The notes under the pieces: model-generated
Databases searched by the model: none
Told to the model about the DNA's origin: nothing
The model's input: the letters and a program-made list of their open reading frames with translations, nothing else
Shown: in pieces, positions 1 to 8,720 of the stretch
Layout of the letters: every line of letters starts with the position of its first letter
Position numbering within the stretch: position 1 is the first letter of the stretch
Translations under genes and position numbers: made by a program
Assembly: GCA_044226625.1 (NCBI GenBank)
Contig: JBGAGQ010000005.1
Coordinates: 1-64,000, forward strand
Reading direction: 5' to 3'
Length of the DNA stretch: 64,000 nt
Origin: Thermoanaerobaculia bacterium
GTDB lineage: Bacteria; Acidobacteriota; Thermoanaerobaculia; Multivoradales; UBA5704

Positions 1-485
1 TAGCCGAAGATCCAGGTTTCCATGGCGCACCCTTCCTCCAGCGGGGTGTCGTGGCCGCCGTCGGCCGTGTGATCGACCCAATGGGTCGTCTCGTGGACGA
101 TCGTGGCGGCGAGCACCATCAAGAGCGCGGGATTGTGCTCGACGTCCAGTTTCAACTGCTCGTCGATGAAGATGGTGTTCGGGGCGGTGAGATGCCGGTA
201 CTCACCGTACGTGCCGGGATCGAGGTTGTCGATTTTGATCTCCGGCCCTTCCCCGTCGTCGTCGAAGCCCTCTGGGTCCATCCCCTGGTCGAGAGGGCCG
301 TGGAGGAAACAGTCCACTCCTTCCGAACCGTTGACGATCTGGTTCGCCATCGAGATCGCCTGTCCCAGGATGGGACATGCGGCGAGCAGGTCCGGATCGA
401 TTTTCCATGCCGTGGCGGGTGCCGCGAACAAAAGCGCCGCGGCGAAGAGCGGAATCGCGCGAACCGATTTCCTCGGTGTTCTCAT
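1..485 (-). CDS. Secreted zincin metallopeptidase (HExxH), Tox-MPTase3-like; runs off the left window edge
   Basis: Not in the ORF track. Manual translation from ATG 485 gives MRTPRKSVRAIPLFAAALLFAAPATA-W (signal peptide) ... LAATIVHETTHWVDHTADGGHDTPLEEGCAMETWIFG. The ATG overlaps the TGA of the upstream gene (ATGA). Confidence 0.75.
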   Translation of the reverse strand, partial: MRTPRKSVRAIPLFAAALLFAAPATAWKIDPDLLAACPILGQAISMANQIVNGSEGVDCFLHGPLDQGMDPEGFDDDGEGPEIKIDNLDPGTYGEYRHLTAPNTIFIDEQLKLDVEHNPALLMVLAATIVHETTHWVDHTADGGHDTPLEEGCAMETWIFG

Positions 486-1390
486 GGGCGCTCCGCGGGC
501 TCGACCGGAGCCGGCTGGACGCGCTTGCCCTGGACCGCGATCTCCACGTCGGCGTAATCGTTGAGTAGCCCGTAGATCCGGAGCCCTCGGGAGGCGTCGA
601 GCGGCGGATCGAAAGTGATCGTGCCGTGGCGCAGGTCGACCGCTCCCTTGGGCACGCTTTCGAGGTCGAGGAGCAAAGCGGTACCGCCGATGCCGGTCGC
701 CGTCACCTTCAACGAAGTGACGTACCCGTTGTCACGACCGAAGGCGGCGAACGCGGGGGTGATCGTATGGTCGGGGGCGATGGCACACTTTTCGTTTTGC
801 CCGAGCAGGCCGTCGGCGAACGCGCAGAGGTTGGCGTCGCGGACGTTGGTCGGCTGGATGCGCAAACTGTCGCCGGCTTGCGCCGCCGCGGAAAGCTTGC
901 AGGTGACCTGGAAGTTGCGGTTGTTGCCGACGCATTTGGACTCGCTGTCGGCGTCGGCGCCGTTTTCCTGAAGGCGGATCTTTCCATCCGGCGTCGGCTG
1001 ATTGTTGTCGGCATGGTTGAGCGCGTTGCCGCCTCCCCCTTCATCGGTCGGGCCTGCGCCCGGGGGGGCGCTGCTCTCGTTGCCCGCTCCCGTGGAGAGA
1101 GAGCCATTTTCGTCGTCGTCGGCGTCCCAGTCTTCGTCGGTGTGTTGCGGATCGTCGACCACGCAGCCGGCGATCTCGAAGCCGCCCACCGCGCGCGAGA
1201 CGACCAGATCGCAGATCGGCACCCCGGTCGTGTTGGTGAAGGTGAAGGCCGGGGTCGTCTCGCCGGCCGGGATGTTGACCGTGGTGGTGCCGCCGGAAAG
1301 GTTGGTCGGAGTCGCGGCGAGGATCGGTACTGCGAAGGCGAGGGCGGAAGCGACGGCGAGGCGGGCGGGGGTGCGCGGCGAATGAGCCAT
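482..1390 (-). CDS. Hypothetical secreted acidic, Cys-containing protein
   Basis: AGAGGAG RBS before ATG 1390; signal peptide MAHSPRTPARLAVASALAFAVPILA; Asp-rich loop DEDWDADDDENG; several Cys; beta-rich appearance. Confidence 0.75.
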   Translation of the reverse strand: MAHSPRTPARLAVASALAFAVPILAATPTNLSGGTTTVNIPAGETTPAFTFTNTTGVPICDLVVSRAVGGFEIAGCVVDDPQHTDEDWDADDDENGSLSTGAGNESSAPPGAGPTDEGGGGNALNHADNNQPTPDGKIRLQENGADADSESKCVGNNRNFQVTCKLSAAAQAGDSLRIQPTNVRDANLCAFADGLLGQNEKCAIAPDHTITPAFAAFGRDNGYVTSLKVTATGIGGTALLLDLESVPKGAVDLRHGTITFDPPLDASRGLRIYGLLNDYADVEIAVQGKRVQPAPVEPAERP

Positions 1391-1561
1391 CGTTGAGACT
1401 CTCCTCTGGGTAGACGAGCTTTCATAGGCCCACCGATGCGAATCGGCGGGTCGGTTCATGACGACAGGGTCTTCCTAGAGGCGCCTCTACGACCGGTGTG
1501 CCGAGAGGGCGTCGGGGAGGGACAACGAAACGCTCACCTCGAGCGACGGGGGGCCGAAAAT

Positions 1562-1593
1562 GAAAACGGCTCCCGGGGTCGGGAGCCGTTTTC
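1562..1593. terminator. Intrinsic (probably bidirectional) terminator hairpin
   Basis: GAAAACGGCTCCCG-GGGT-CGGGAGCCGTTTTC perfect stem just downstream of the DUF4331 gene. Confidence 0.8.
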
Positions 1594-1612
1594 GCGCTCT
1601 ACGTGCGAACCT

Positions 1613-3127
1613 TTACAGCGAGTCGGGATCCGGGATGTCCGGAACGGTCGGAACGTTCACCCCACCGTGACCCTGGAGCAGCCCCTGGTGCGCCGGGGCG
1701 AGGAAGGGGAATCGATCGAGGAAGTTCTTGTCGTTCACCTCGACGCCCTTGGCGAGCCCGGCGGCCGGGTCGCCCGCGGCGATCAGGCTGATCAACACGG
1801 TATTCACGTTGACCTGATGGCTGTTCGGCGTCGGCCCGCCGCCCAGGCGCCGGCCGTTCGGGAACTGCGAATCGACCGCGGCGTCCAGCGTGATCACGTC
1901 ACCGGTGAATCCGTCGGCGACCGGGATCGGACGGCCGAGGTTGATCGCGTTGACGATGTCGAGGCGCGGGCCCTTGAGCGTCGCGACCGCGGAATCGGGC
2001 ACTCCGAGAGCCTTGTAGATTCCGAGGGCCTCCGCGTCGCGGACCAGGACCGGGTAGAGGATGTCCGCGCCGAAGGAGCTGACGTCGGTCAGGGGCGACT
2101 GGTGGAGATATTTGCCCTGACGCTGCGTGCCGATCAGGCCGGCGTTGAACAGGGGGAGGGCGTTGCGGCCGACTTGGACCCACTCGCCCGAGCCGCGGAG
2201 GCCGGTGATCGCGTTCGTCGGATCGACGATCTGGTTCTGCTGCCGGCTGATGCTGGTCCAGACGCGGAGCAGGCTGTCGGTCGAGTTGGCGCGCAACTCA
2301 CCGTTGTGGGGAATGCCGCCGGGGAAGATGTCGGACATCGGAACTTCGAGCGCGATCGAGAAGATGTTGAAGCCGGTGAAGACGTCCTCGCCCGGCGGGC
2401 GGCGGGCGCCCGGGATGCCGCCCAGATCGTCGGTGTTCAGATTGACGAGGTCGAAGATCCCCTTCTCGTCGAGCTGGTACGGATCGTCGAACTGGCCGGC
2501 GATGACGCGACCGCCGTTCGAGAGCGTGTGGATGTAGGTGTCGACGAACGCCTGGTCGTACAAGCCCTGCTCGCGGCTCGAAGCGTCGCCCGAGTCATAG
2601 CCCTTGAAGGTGCCGAGGCCGTAAACCAGCCGGTCGGTCTGCGGACCATGGTTGTTCGGCAGGACGGTCAGGTTACCGCCGAGGAGGACCCGCTGCTTGC
2701 CCGGCTCGAGACGCGAGACGCGCATCTTCTCGGTGCCGCCGGTGAGCTGCCAGAGCAGCTCGTTGCCGCCGCCGAGATTGTCGGTCGGGCTGGGAGCGCC
2801 CTCGGGCGTGATCTTGTTGAAGAACTCGACGCGGTAGACGACCTGATCCTTGAGCTTCTTGCCTTTGCCGATGTGGAACTCGTAGCGATAGCCGTTGCAC
2901 GCGCGAAGGCCCTGGTTGCCCTGCCCCGGCTCGTGGAGCGGGTTGAAGTCCATGATCAGGTAGAGCTTGGAATGGGCACCGTCGGACACCCAGGCGTAGG
3001 TGTCGGTGTTGTCGGCGCACGGCTCGTTCAGGACCGTGAGCGCTTCGCGGTGGCTGGAAGCTTGCGCGGCGCCGGCGATCGAGCCGAGGCAGGCTAGCGC
3101 CATCAGTGTTTTGAACACTCGGTTCAT
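1613..3127 (-). CDS. DUF4331 family secreted protein
   Basis: Signal peptide followed by ASSHREA, DNTDTYAW, FDDPY, FPNGRRL and FPFLAPAH motifs typical of DUF4331; AGAGGAG RBS. Confidence 0.85.
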   Translation of the reverse strand: MNRVFKTLMALACLGSIAGAAQASSHREALTVLNEPCADNTDTYAWVSDGAHSKLYLIMDFNPLHEPGQGNQGLRACNGYRYEFHIGKGKKLKDQVVYRVEFFNKITPEGAPSPTDNLGGGNELLWQLTGGTEKMRVSRLEPGKQRVLLGGNLTVLPNNHGPQTDRLVYGLGTFKGYDSGDASSREQGLYDQAFVDTYIHTLSNGGRVIAGQFDDPYQLDEKGIFDLVNLNTDDLGGIPGARRPPGEDVFTGFNIFSIALEVPMSDIFPGGIPHNGELRANSTDSLLRVWTSISRQQNQIVDPTNAITGLRGSGEWVQVGRNALPLFNAGLIGTQRQGKYLHQSPLTDVSSFGADILYPVLVRDAEALGIYKALGVPDSAVATLKGPRLDIVNAINLGRPIPVADGFTGDVITLDAAVDSQFPNGRRLGGGPTPNSHQVNVNTVLISLIAAGDPAAGLAKGVEVNDKNFLDRFPFLAPAHQGLLQGHGGVNVPTVPDIPDPDSL

Positions 3128-3207
3128 TTTCGTTTCTCCTCTGGATGGCCGAATCGGCCTTCTAGGTCAGCGATCCGTTCGATTCGGGTCGTGCTGTCAA
3201 GGGGCTC

Positions 3208-3233
3208 TACGGCGAGGAGGGGAGCTTGGATGA
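3208..3233 (-). promoter_or_regulatory. Putative ECF (SigK-like) promoter for the DUF4331 gene
   Basis: Minus strand TCATCC-N15-CCGTA resembles the SigK-type CCATCC-N15-CCGAA promoter. Confidence 0.45.
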
Positions 3234-3370
3234 CGGGCGGAAAAAATCGTTTCGAGCGCCGCGAGCGGGCTCGGTCGAGCCCCTCGGCCGTGGGCCAGAG
3301 AAGAATCGGAGAGACGAGGACGGAGCCCGGAGGCTCCGCCGCCTTTACCTCGGGTTTCGCGACGCGATCT

Positions 3371-4207
3371 CTAGAACGGGTGCTCGAAGCTCAGGTAGAG
3401 GAAGACCGCCTTCTCGCCGTCGCTAGGTCCGACGCCGATGGGGAAGGCGATACCTGGGACGATCTGGAGGCCGCTCGCGAGGTTGTACGACCAGCGGACG
3501 CCCGGGCTGATGGTGAAGGCGTGGGACTTGGCCGTGAAGTCCGGCGCGACCGTCGTCTCGTCGATCGAGTAGACGGCTTCGAGCATTAGGTTCACCCGTG
3601 GATGAACGAGCCAGACGAGGCTCTGGCCGAGCTGGGGAGTGAAATTGTCCGCCTGATCGCCGATCTCGTTCTTGGCCTTGCGGGTCCAGGTGAAGCCCAG
3701 GTTGGTGTGCGCCGCGAGGCGAGGCGAGACGGCGACCGACAGGGGGAGGTTGACCTGCAGGCCGAGGGCTCCCGTGCCTCGGCCTTCCTTTTCGTCGCCG
3801 GTCGGCAGGAGCAGCGTCAGCCGCGGCGAGAAGGCGACCGGCGCGTTGCCGTCGCCGACGAGTTGGTAGCGATAGTTCAGTGCGAGGTCGCCCGGACCGC
3901 CTTCGTCGGTCTGCCCGAATCGACCCGCGGCATGACTCCAGGCGAGGGTATAGCTCAGCTGGTGTTTCGGGCTCAGGAACGGCCATTCCTGGGTGAACGT
4001 CGCCGCCCAGTCGTGGCTGTCGTGATCCTGCTCCCAGGTGGTGATGTGCTGTACAACGCCCATCTCCTGGTTGTAGGCCTCCTCGATCAGGAAGGAGTTG
4101 TCCTGGATCGGCGGAGCCTCGCCGTCTCGAGCGAAGGCCGGTGCGGTGATGAGGGGGAGAAGGGGGAGGGCGAGGGCGAGGAGGGTCGAAAGGGCGAGAG
4201 CGCGCAT
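3371..4207 (-). CDS. Outer-membrane beta-barrel 'transporter' (MetA-pathway/COG4313-like)
   Basis: Signal peptide; IQDNSFLIEEAYNQE motif; GDLALNYRY, LLLPTGD; C-terminal YLSFEHPF barrel signature. Confidence 0.75.
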   Translation of the reverse strand: MRALALSTLLALALPLLPLITAPAFARDGEAPPIQDNSFLIEEAYNQEMGVVQHITTWEQDHDSHDWAATFTQEWPFLSPKHQLSYTLAWSHAAGRFGQTDEGGPGDLALNYRYQLVGDGNAPVAFSPRLTLLLPTGDEKEGRGTGALGLQVNLPLSVAVSPRLAAHTNLGFTWTRKAKNEIGDQADNFTPQLGQSLVWLVHPRVNLMLEAVYSIDETTVAPDFTAKSHAFTISPGVRWSYNLASGLQIVPGIAFPIGVGPSDGEKAVFLYLSFEHPF

Positions 4208-4326
4208 GACGTGAATTATCCCGGTTCCTGGGGCGGGGCGCGACCGTTCCGATTGCGGTAGGGTCGAAGGGCGGTATGGCGCGGTTTGCGCCGCTTCCGC
4301 GAACCCGACCTTTTTGGAGCCCGACC

Positions 4327-5670
4327 ATGAGCCGCACTCCCCGCGATCTCTATTCACGACCCTTTACGGACGACGAAGAAGAAGAGCCGTCGGTGCGAGG
4401 GGCGCATCCGGAATCGTTCATGATGAGCTACGGCTACCGTCCGGAGTGGTCCGAAGGATCGGTCAAACCGCCGCTCTTCCAGACCTCGACCTTCGCGTTC
4501 AAGAACGCCGAGCAGGGCAAGGCGTTCTTTGCCTACGCCTACGGTCTGGCCCCGCTCAAAGGGCCCATGGGGCTGATCTACAGCCGGATCAACAATCCGA
4601 ACCTGGAGATCCTCGAAACGCGCCTGAATCTCTGGGACCGCGCCGAGGCGAGCGCGGTGTTCGCCTCCGGCATGGCCGCGATCTCCACCTCGCTCCTCGC
4701 GCACGTGCCGATCGGCCGTTCGATCGTCTACTCGCGGCCGGTCTACGGCGGCACCCACTACCTGCTCGAGAAGATCCTTCCCGAGATGGGCATTCCGTCG
4801 CGGCATTTCCCGGCCGGCGCGGACCCTTCCTTGGTGGAGCGTTTGCTGGTCGAGCTCGAGGCGGCCGGGACCCCGTGCCGGGTGCTGCTCCTCGAGGTGC
4901 CGGCGAACCCGACGCTCGTGCTCACCGACATCGCCGCGATCGCCGAGGTAGCCCACCGGCACTCGGCCTTGGTGGCCGTCGACAACACCCTCCTCGGGCC
5001 GCTCTACCAGCAGCCGCTTTCGCTCGGCGCGGACCTCGTCCTCTACTCGGCGACCAAGTATCTCGCCGGCCACAGCGACGTGGTGGCGGGCGTGGCGCTG
5101 GGCAATCGTGAGGTGATCGACCGGGTCAAGCAGTTCCGGACCATTCTGGGCACCATGCTCGACCCGCACTCGGCGTGGTTGCTGCTCCGCTCGCTCGAGA
5201 CCTACAAGCTGCGGATGACCTGCGAGCGGAAGAACGCGGAGCGGATCGCCGCGTGGCTCGCGAGCCATCCCAAGGTCGCCCGGGTCTATTACCCGGGGAT
5301 CATCCACGATCGGAGCCAGCGCGAGATCTACGAGCGGCAGTGCACCGGGGCGGGCGCTCTGATCTCCTTCGAGCTCAAGGAGGGGGGCGAGGCCGAGGCG
5401 TTTCGCCTTCTCAACGCGGTCAAGCTGATCAAGCTCGCGGTGAGCCTGGGAGGAACCGAGTCGCTGATCGAGCATCCGGCGACGATGACCCACTCCGACA
5501 TTCCGGCGGACGAGCAGCGGGAGATCGGCATCACCCCGCAGATGATCCGTCTCGCGGTAGGAATCGAGCACCCGGACGAGCTGATCGCCGACCTCGAAAA
5601 CGCCTTCGAGGCGATCGGCTCGACTTCGAGAGAGGTGCCGGCGGCGGGTTCGGTTGCCGAGGTGCGATAA
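4327..5670 (+). CDS. Cystathionine gamma-synthase/methionine gamma-lyase family PLP enzyme
   Basis: YSRINNPN, FASGMAAIS, DNT, YSATKYLAGHSD (PLP lysine), VSLGGTESL, IRLAVGIE. Confidence 0.93.
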   Translation: MSRTPRDLYSRPFTDDEEEEPSVRGAHPESFMMSYGYRPEWSEGSVKPPLFQTSTFAFKNAEQGKAFFAYAYGLAPLKGPMGLIYSRINNPNLEILETRLNLWDRAEASAVFASGMAAISTSLLAHVPIGRSIVYSRPVYGGTHYLLEKILPEMGIPSRHFPAGADPSLVERLLVELEAAGTPCRVLLLEVPANPTLVLTDIAAIAEVAHRHSALVAVDNTLLGPLYQQPLSLGADLVLYSATKYLAGHSDVVAGVALGNREVIDRVKQFRTILGTMLDPHSAWLLLRSLETYKLRMTCERKNAERIAAWLASHPKVARVYYPGIIHDRSQREIYERQCTGAGALISFELKEGGEAEAFRLLNAVKLIKLAVSLGGTESLIEHPATMTHSDIPADEQREIGITPQMIRLAVGIEHPDELIADLENAFEAIGSTSREVPAAGSVAEVR

Positions 5671-5682
5671 GAGCGATCGAGG

Positions 5683-6843
5683 TCAGATCACGACTTCCCG
5701 CGCGGGCTCCCGTAGGTTGTAGTGGGAGCTCATCGATCGGCCGTAGGCGCCGACCGTCGCGATCAATAGGACGTCCCCCTCGTGCGACTCGGGGAGGCGG
5801 CGGTCGATGCCCAGCACGTCGCCGGTCTCGCAGATGGGACCGACGACGCGCACGGCCTCGGTGGGAGGCTCGCCCCAACGAGTGAGGTTGGCGATCTCCT
5901 GGTGGGCGCCGTAGAGCATCGGCCGAATCAACGAGTTCATGCCGACGTCGACGCCGACGTAGCGGTTCTTTCCCTTGCCCTTCGTCTGGGTCACCGTCGC
6001 GAGCAAGACCCCCGCTTCGGCCACCAGGAACCGCCCCGGCTCGAGCCAGAGCTCGAAACGTCGGTCGCCCTCTTCGAGGCGCCGGCGGAGAGCACCGAGT
6101 GCCTCGGCGAGAGGCTCGAGGTCGAGCCCGGACCGGCCCGCCGGATCGGAAACGCCGAGACCGCCGCCGAGGTCGAGAACCGTCGCATCGGGAAAGAGGG
6201 CGCTTGCCTCGGCGAGATCGAGCGCCGTTTCGTGCCAGATCTCGGGATCGAGAATGCCGCTCCCGGCATGGCTGTGGAGGCCGACGATCCGCACCTCGGC
6301 GCGCCGGGCGAGATCGGCGAGCTCCGGCCATTCCGCCCGCGGGATGCCGAATTTCGAATGCTCCCCGGCGGTGCGGACATGAGAGTGATGGCCGGCGCCG
6401 CGGCCGAGGTCGAGCCGGACGAAGAGGTCGCGTCGCGCGAGGCTCGTCCGCCAGTGGAGCAGCGGGTGGAGGCTGTCCAGGGTCAAGCGGACGCCGAGTT
6501 CGAGCGCCGCGTCGTATTCGCGGCGCGGCGCGAAGTTCGGGGTGAACAGGATCCTCTCCGGAGAGACTTCGGGACAGGAGCCGAGCACCCGTTCGATCTC
6601 GCCGGGCGAGACGCATTCGAACGCGAGACCGAGCCGCGCGAAGCGGCGCAGGATCTCCGGGTGCGGATTCGCCTTGACCGCGTAGAGGAGGCGATCGAAG
6701 ACCCCGAGGCCGGCGAGCTTCGCCGCGGCCCGATCCAGGCTTTCGAGCTCGTAGACGTAGGAGGGGGTCGCCTCGGCGGCGATCGCCAGCAGCTCGTCGC
6801 GCCGCGCGAGCCACCAGGGCGTGGCCTCGCTCACGGATGCCAC
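5683..6843 (-). CDS. lysA: Diaminopimelate decarboxylase
   Basis: YAVKAN, ECVSPGE, SKFG, HSHAGSG, DLGGGLG, EPGRFLVAEAG, VGPICETGD, GAYGRSMSSHYNLR. The GTG start near 6843 is inferred; the upstream ORF extension is a shadow frame. Confidence 0.9.
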   Translation of the reverse strand: MASVSEATPWWLARRDELLAIAAEATPSYVYELESLDRAAAKLAGLGVFDRLLYAVKANPHPEILRRFARLGLAFECVSPGEIERVLGSCPEVSPERILFTPNFAPRREYDAALELGVRLTLDSLHPLLHWRTSLARRDLFVRLDLGRGAGHHSHVRTAGEHSKFGIPRAEWPELADLARRAEVRIVGLHSHAGSGILDPEIWHETALDLAEASALFPDATVLDLGGGLGVSDPAGRSGLDLEPLAEALGALRRRLEEGDRRFELWLEPGRFLVAEAGVLLATVTQTKGKGKNRYVGVDVGMNSLIRPMLYGAHQEIANLTRWGEPPTEAVRVVGPICETGDVLGIDRRLPESHEGDVLLIATVGAYGRSMSSHYNLREPAREVVI

Positions 6844-6848
6844 CGGGG

Positions 6849-8216
6849 TCAACTTTCGGTCGGCTCGGCCGGCGACTCGGGCCGCACGGTCGCGCGCAGG
6901 GTCTTGACGCGATGCCCCTCGATCGCCATCACCTCGAGCCGCAGGGGACCGAGCAAGATCGAGTCGCCGACCTGCGGCACCCGGCCGAGCTCGGAGAGCA
7001 CGACTCCGCCGATCGTGTCCTCGTCGCGCTCCGATAGCTCGAGGTCGAGCTCGTCTTCGAGGTCTTCGACCAGCATGGCGCCGGAGACGTCGTAGACGCC
7101 GTCGCTGCCCGCGAGGCCGACGATCTCGGCGGTCTCCCGGTCGAACTCGTCCTGGATCTCGCCGACGATCTCCTCGATCACGTTTTCGAGCGTGACGATG
7201 CCGGAGACGCCGCCGTACTCGTCCATCACCGCCGCGAGGTGGAACTTCTCGGCGCGCATCCGCTTGAGCAGACGGTCGAGCTCCAAGGTCTCCGGCACGA
7301 AGACGATCGGCCGCGCGATGTCCCGGATCTTGGTGATCGGCCGGTCGGCGCGGAAGATGTCTTTGATGTGGACGATCGCGATCGGATGGTCGAGATCTCC
7401 CTCGCAGAGCGGGAATCGCGTATGTCCCGAGCGGCGCGCGATCCGCAGGTTCTCGTCGAGGGTCCGGTCGGTCGAGAGATAGACCACGTCGCCGCGCGGC
7501 ACCATGATCTGCCGTGCCACGCGGTGCGAGAGCTCGAACACGTTGTCGAGGAGCTCCCGCTTCTGGAGCGAGAGATCCCCCGCCTGGGGTCCCGAGAGGA
7601 GCAGACGCAGCTCCGCCTCGTCGTGCTCCAACTCGCTTTCGGAAGCGGGCTCGATGCCCACCAGCTTCAAAAGCGCATTGGCCGACAGATTCAGCAGCCA
7701 GATCGCCGGGTAGGTCACCTTGTAGAAGGCGAAGAGCGGCCAGGCGATGAACAGGGTGGTCGGCTCCGATTTGCGGATCGCGATCGATTTCGGAGCGAGC
7801 TCGCCGAGCACGATGTGGAGGATCGTGATGATCAGGAACGCGAGCGTGACCCCCGCCGAGTGGACGAGGGCGGGGTTGGTTCCGCCGGTCATCGCGGCGA
7901 TCAGCGGCGAGACGATCCAGGCGAACGCGGGCTCGCCGATCCAGCCGAGCGCGAGGCTCGAGAGCGTGATGCCGAGCTGGGTCGCCGAGAGATAGGCGTC
8001 CAGATGTTTGATCATGTGCGCCGCGACGTTGCCGGCGCGGCGTCCGCTGCCGGTGTGAGGCTCGATCTGCGTCGGTCGCACCTTGACCAGCGCGAACTCG
8101 GCGGCGACGAAAAACCCGTTGAGCAGGATGAGGACGAAGGCGAGGAAGAACCCCGTCCAAGGCGAGATGAAGCTCGCATCGACGGGCGCGCCCGCGGCGA
8201 TCAACCAGGGGATCAT
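6849..8216 (-). CDS. HlyC/CorC (CNNM) family DUF21-CBS-CorC transporter-associated protein
   Basis: NGFFVAAEFALV, QLGITLSSLALGWIGEP, GELAPK, CBS pair (HTRFP, DEYGGVSGIVTLEN), CorC_HlyC C-terminus. Confidence 0.93.
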   Translation of the reverse strand: MIPWLIAAGAPVDASFISPWTGFFLAFVLILLNGFFVAAEFALVKVRPTQIEPHTGSGRRAGNVAAHMIKHLDAYLSATQLGITLSSLALGWIGEPAFAWIVSPLIAAMTGGTNPALVHSAGVTLAFLIITILHIVLGELAPKSIAIRKSEPTTLFIAWPLFAFYKVTYPAIWLLNLSANALLKLVGIEPASESELEHDEAELRLLLSGPQAGDLSLQKRELLDNVFELSHRVARQIMVPRGDVVYLSTDRTLDENLRIARRSGHTRFPLCEGDLDHPIAIVHIKDIFRADRPITKIRDIARPIVFVPETLELDRLLKRMRAEKFHLAAVMDEYGGVSGIVTLENVIEEIVGEIQDEFDRETAEIVGLAGSDGVYDVSGAMLVEDLEDELDLELSERDEDTIGGVVLSELGRVPQVGDSILLGPLRLEVMAIEGHRVKTLRATVRPESPAEPTES

Positions 8217-8346
8217 CGAGAAGATGGGACGGCGCGCCTCGCCTCGCCCGGGCGGCCCGCGCGAGGACGCGGACGGACGGCGAAGCTCGGACTCGGTGGG
8301 TCGTCGTTCAAGGTGCAGCGAAGTCTAGCACAGGGTCCTCGGGGCC

Positions 8347-8378
8347 CAGGGGAGGGCTCCCTTCGGAGCCTTCCCCTG
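8347..8378. terminator. Hairpin/terminator downstream of the peptide precursor
   Basis: CAGGGGAGGGCTCC-CTTC-GGAGCCTTCCCCTG stem. Confidence 0.65.
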
Positions 8379-8401
8379 CTGACGGGACGCGGGGCCGAGA
8401 C

Positions 8402-8599
8402 TTAGGGCAGGGCGGTGCAGCCGACCGCACAGGTGTTGAAGTGGGTCACGAAGGGACAGAATTTGGTGACGCAGATCGTGGTCAAACAGATCTGGCTCGG
8501 GGGGAGCCCGATGTCGCCGCCTTGGGCGGCGGCGAGCGGCGAGCGGTCCAGGACGGCGACGGTCTCGCGGTGGAGCGTGAGGCGGGGGGACTTCTTCAT
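8402..8599 (-). CDS. RiPP (class I lanthipeptide-like) precursor peptide with double-glycine leader
   Basis: MKKSPRLTLHRETVAVLDRSPLAAAQGG leader (LxLx[K/R]x5L motif plus GG); 37-aa core with 5 Cys, 6 Thr and 1 Ser; GAGGAG RBS; own downstream hairpin. Confidence 0.8.
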   Translation of the reverse strand: MKKSPRLTLHRETVAVLDRSPLAAAQGGDIGLPPSQICLTTICVTKFCPFVTHFNTCAVGCTALP

Positions 8600-8720
8600 G
8601 GCTCGATCTCCTCGAATTGTCGGTGAAGGCGCGGCGGTCCCTTCTGGGAGACCGCCGGCGCTTCATTCACTGTAGAGGTCGAGACGAAGCCGTCGCCTCT
8701 GCCAAAAGTCAGGATTTTCG

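Noticed and set aside
1-23. Separate ChaC-like gene starting METWIFG with a GGAGG upstream
   Set aside because: It is in frame with, and forms the continuation of, the zincin ORF starting at 485; EEG..ME..FG belongs to the peptidase motif
6844-8160. Long N-terminal extension or fusion on lysA
   Set aside because: It is an alternate frame of the CorC/HlyC gene with Arg/Pro-rich shadow composition
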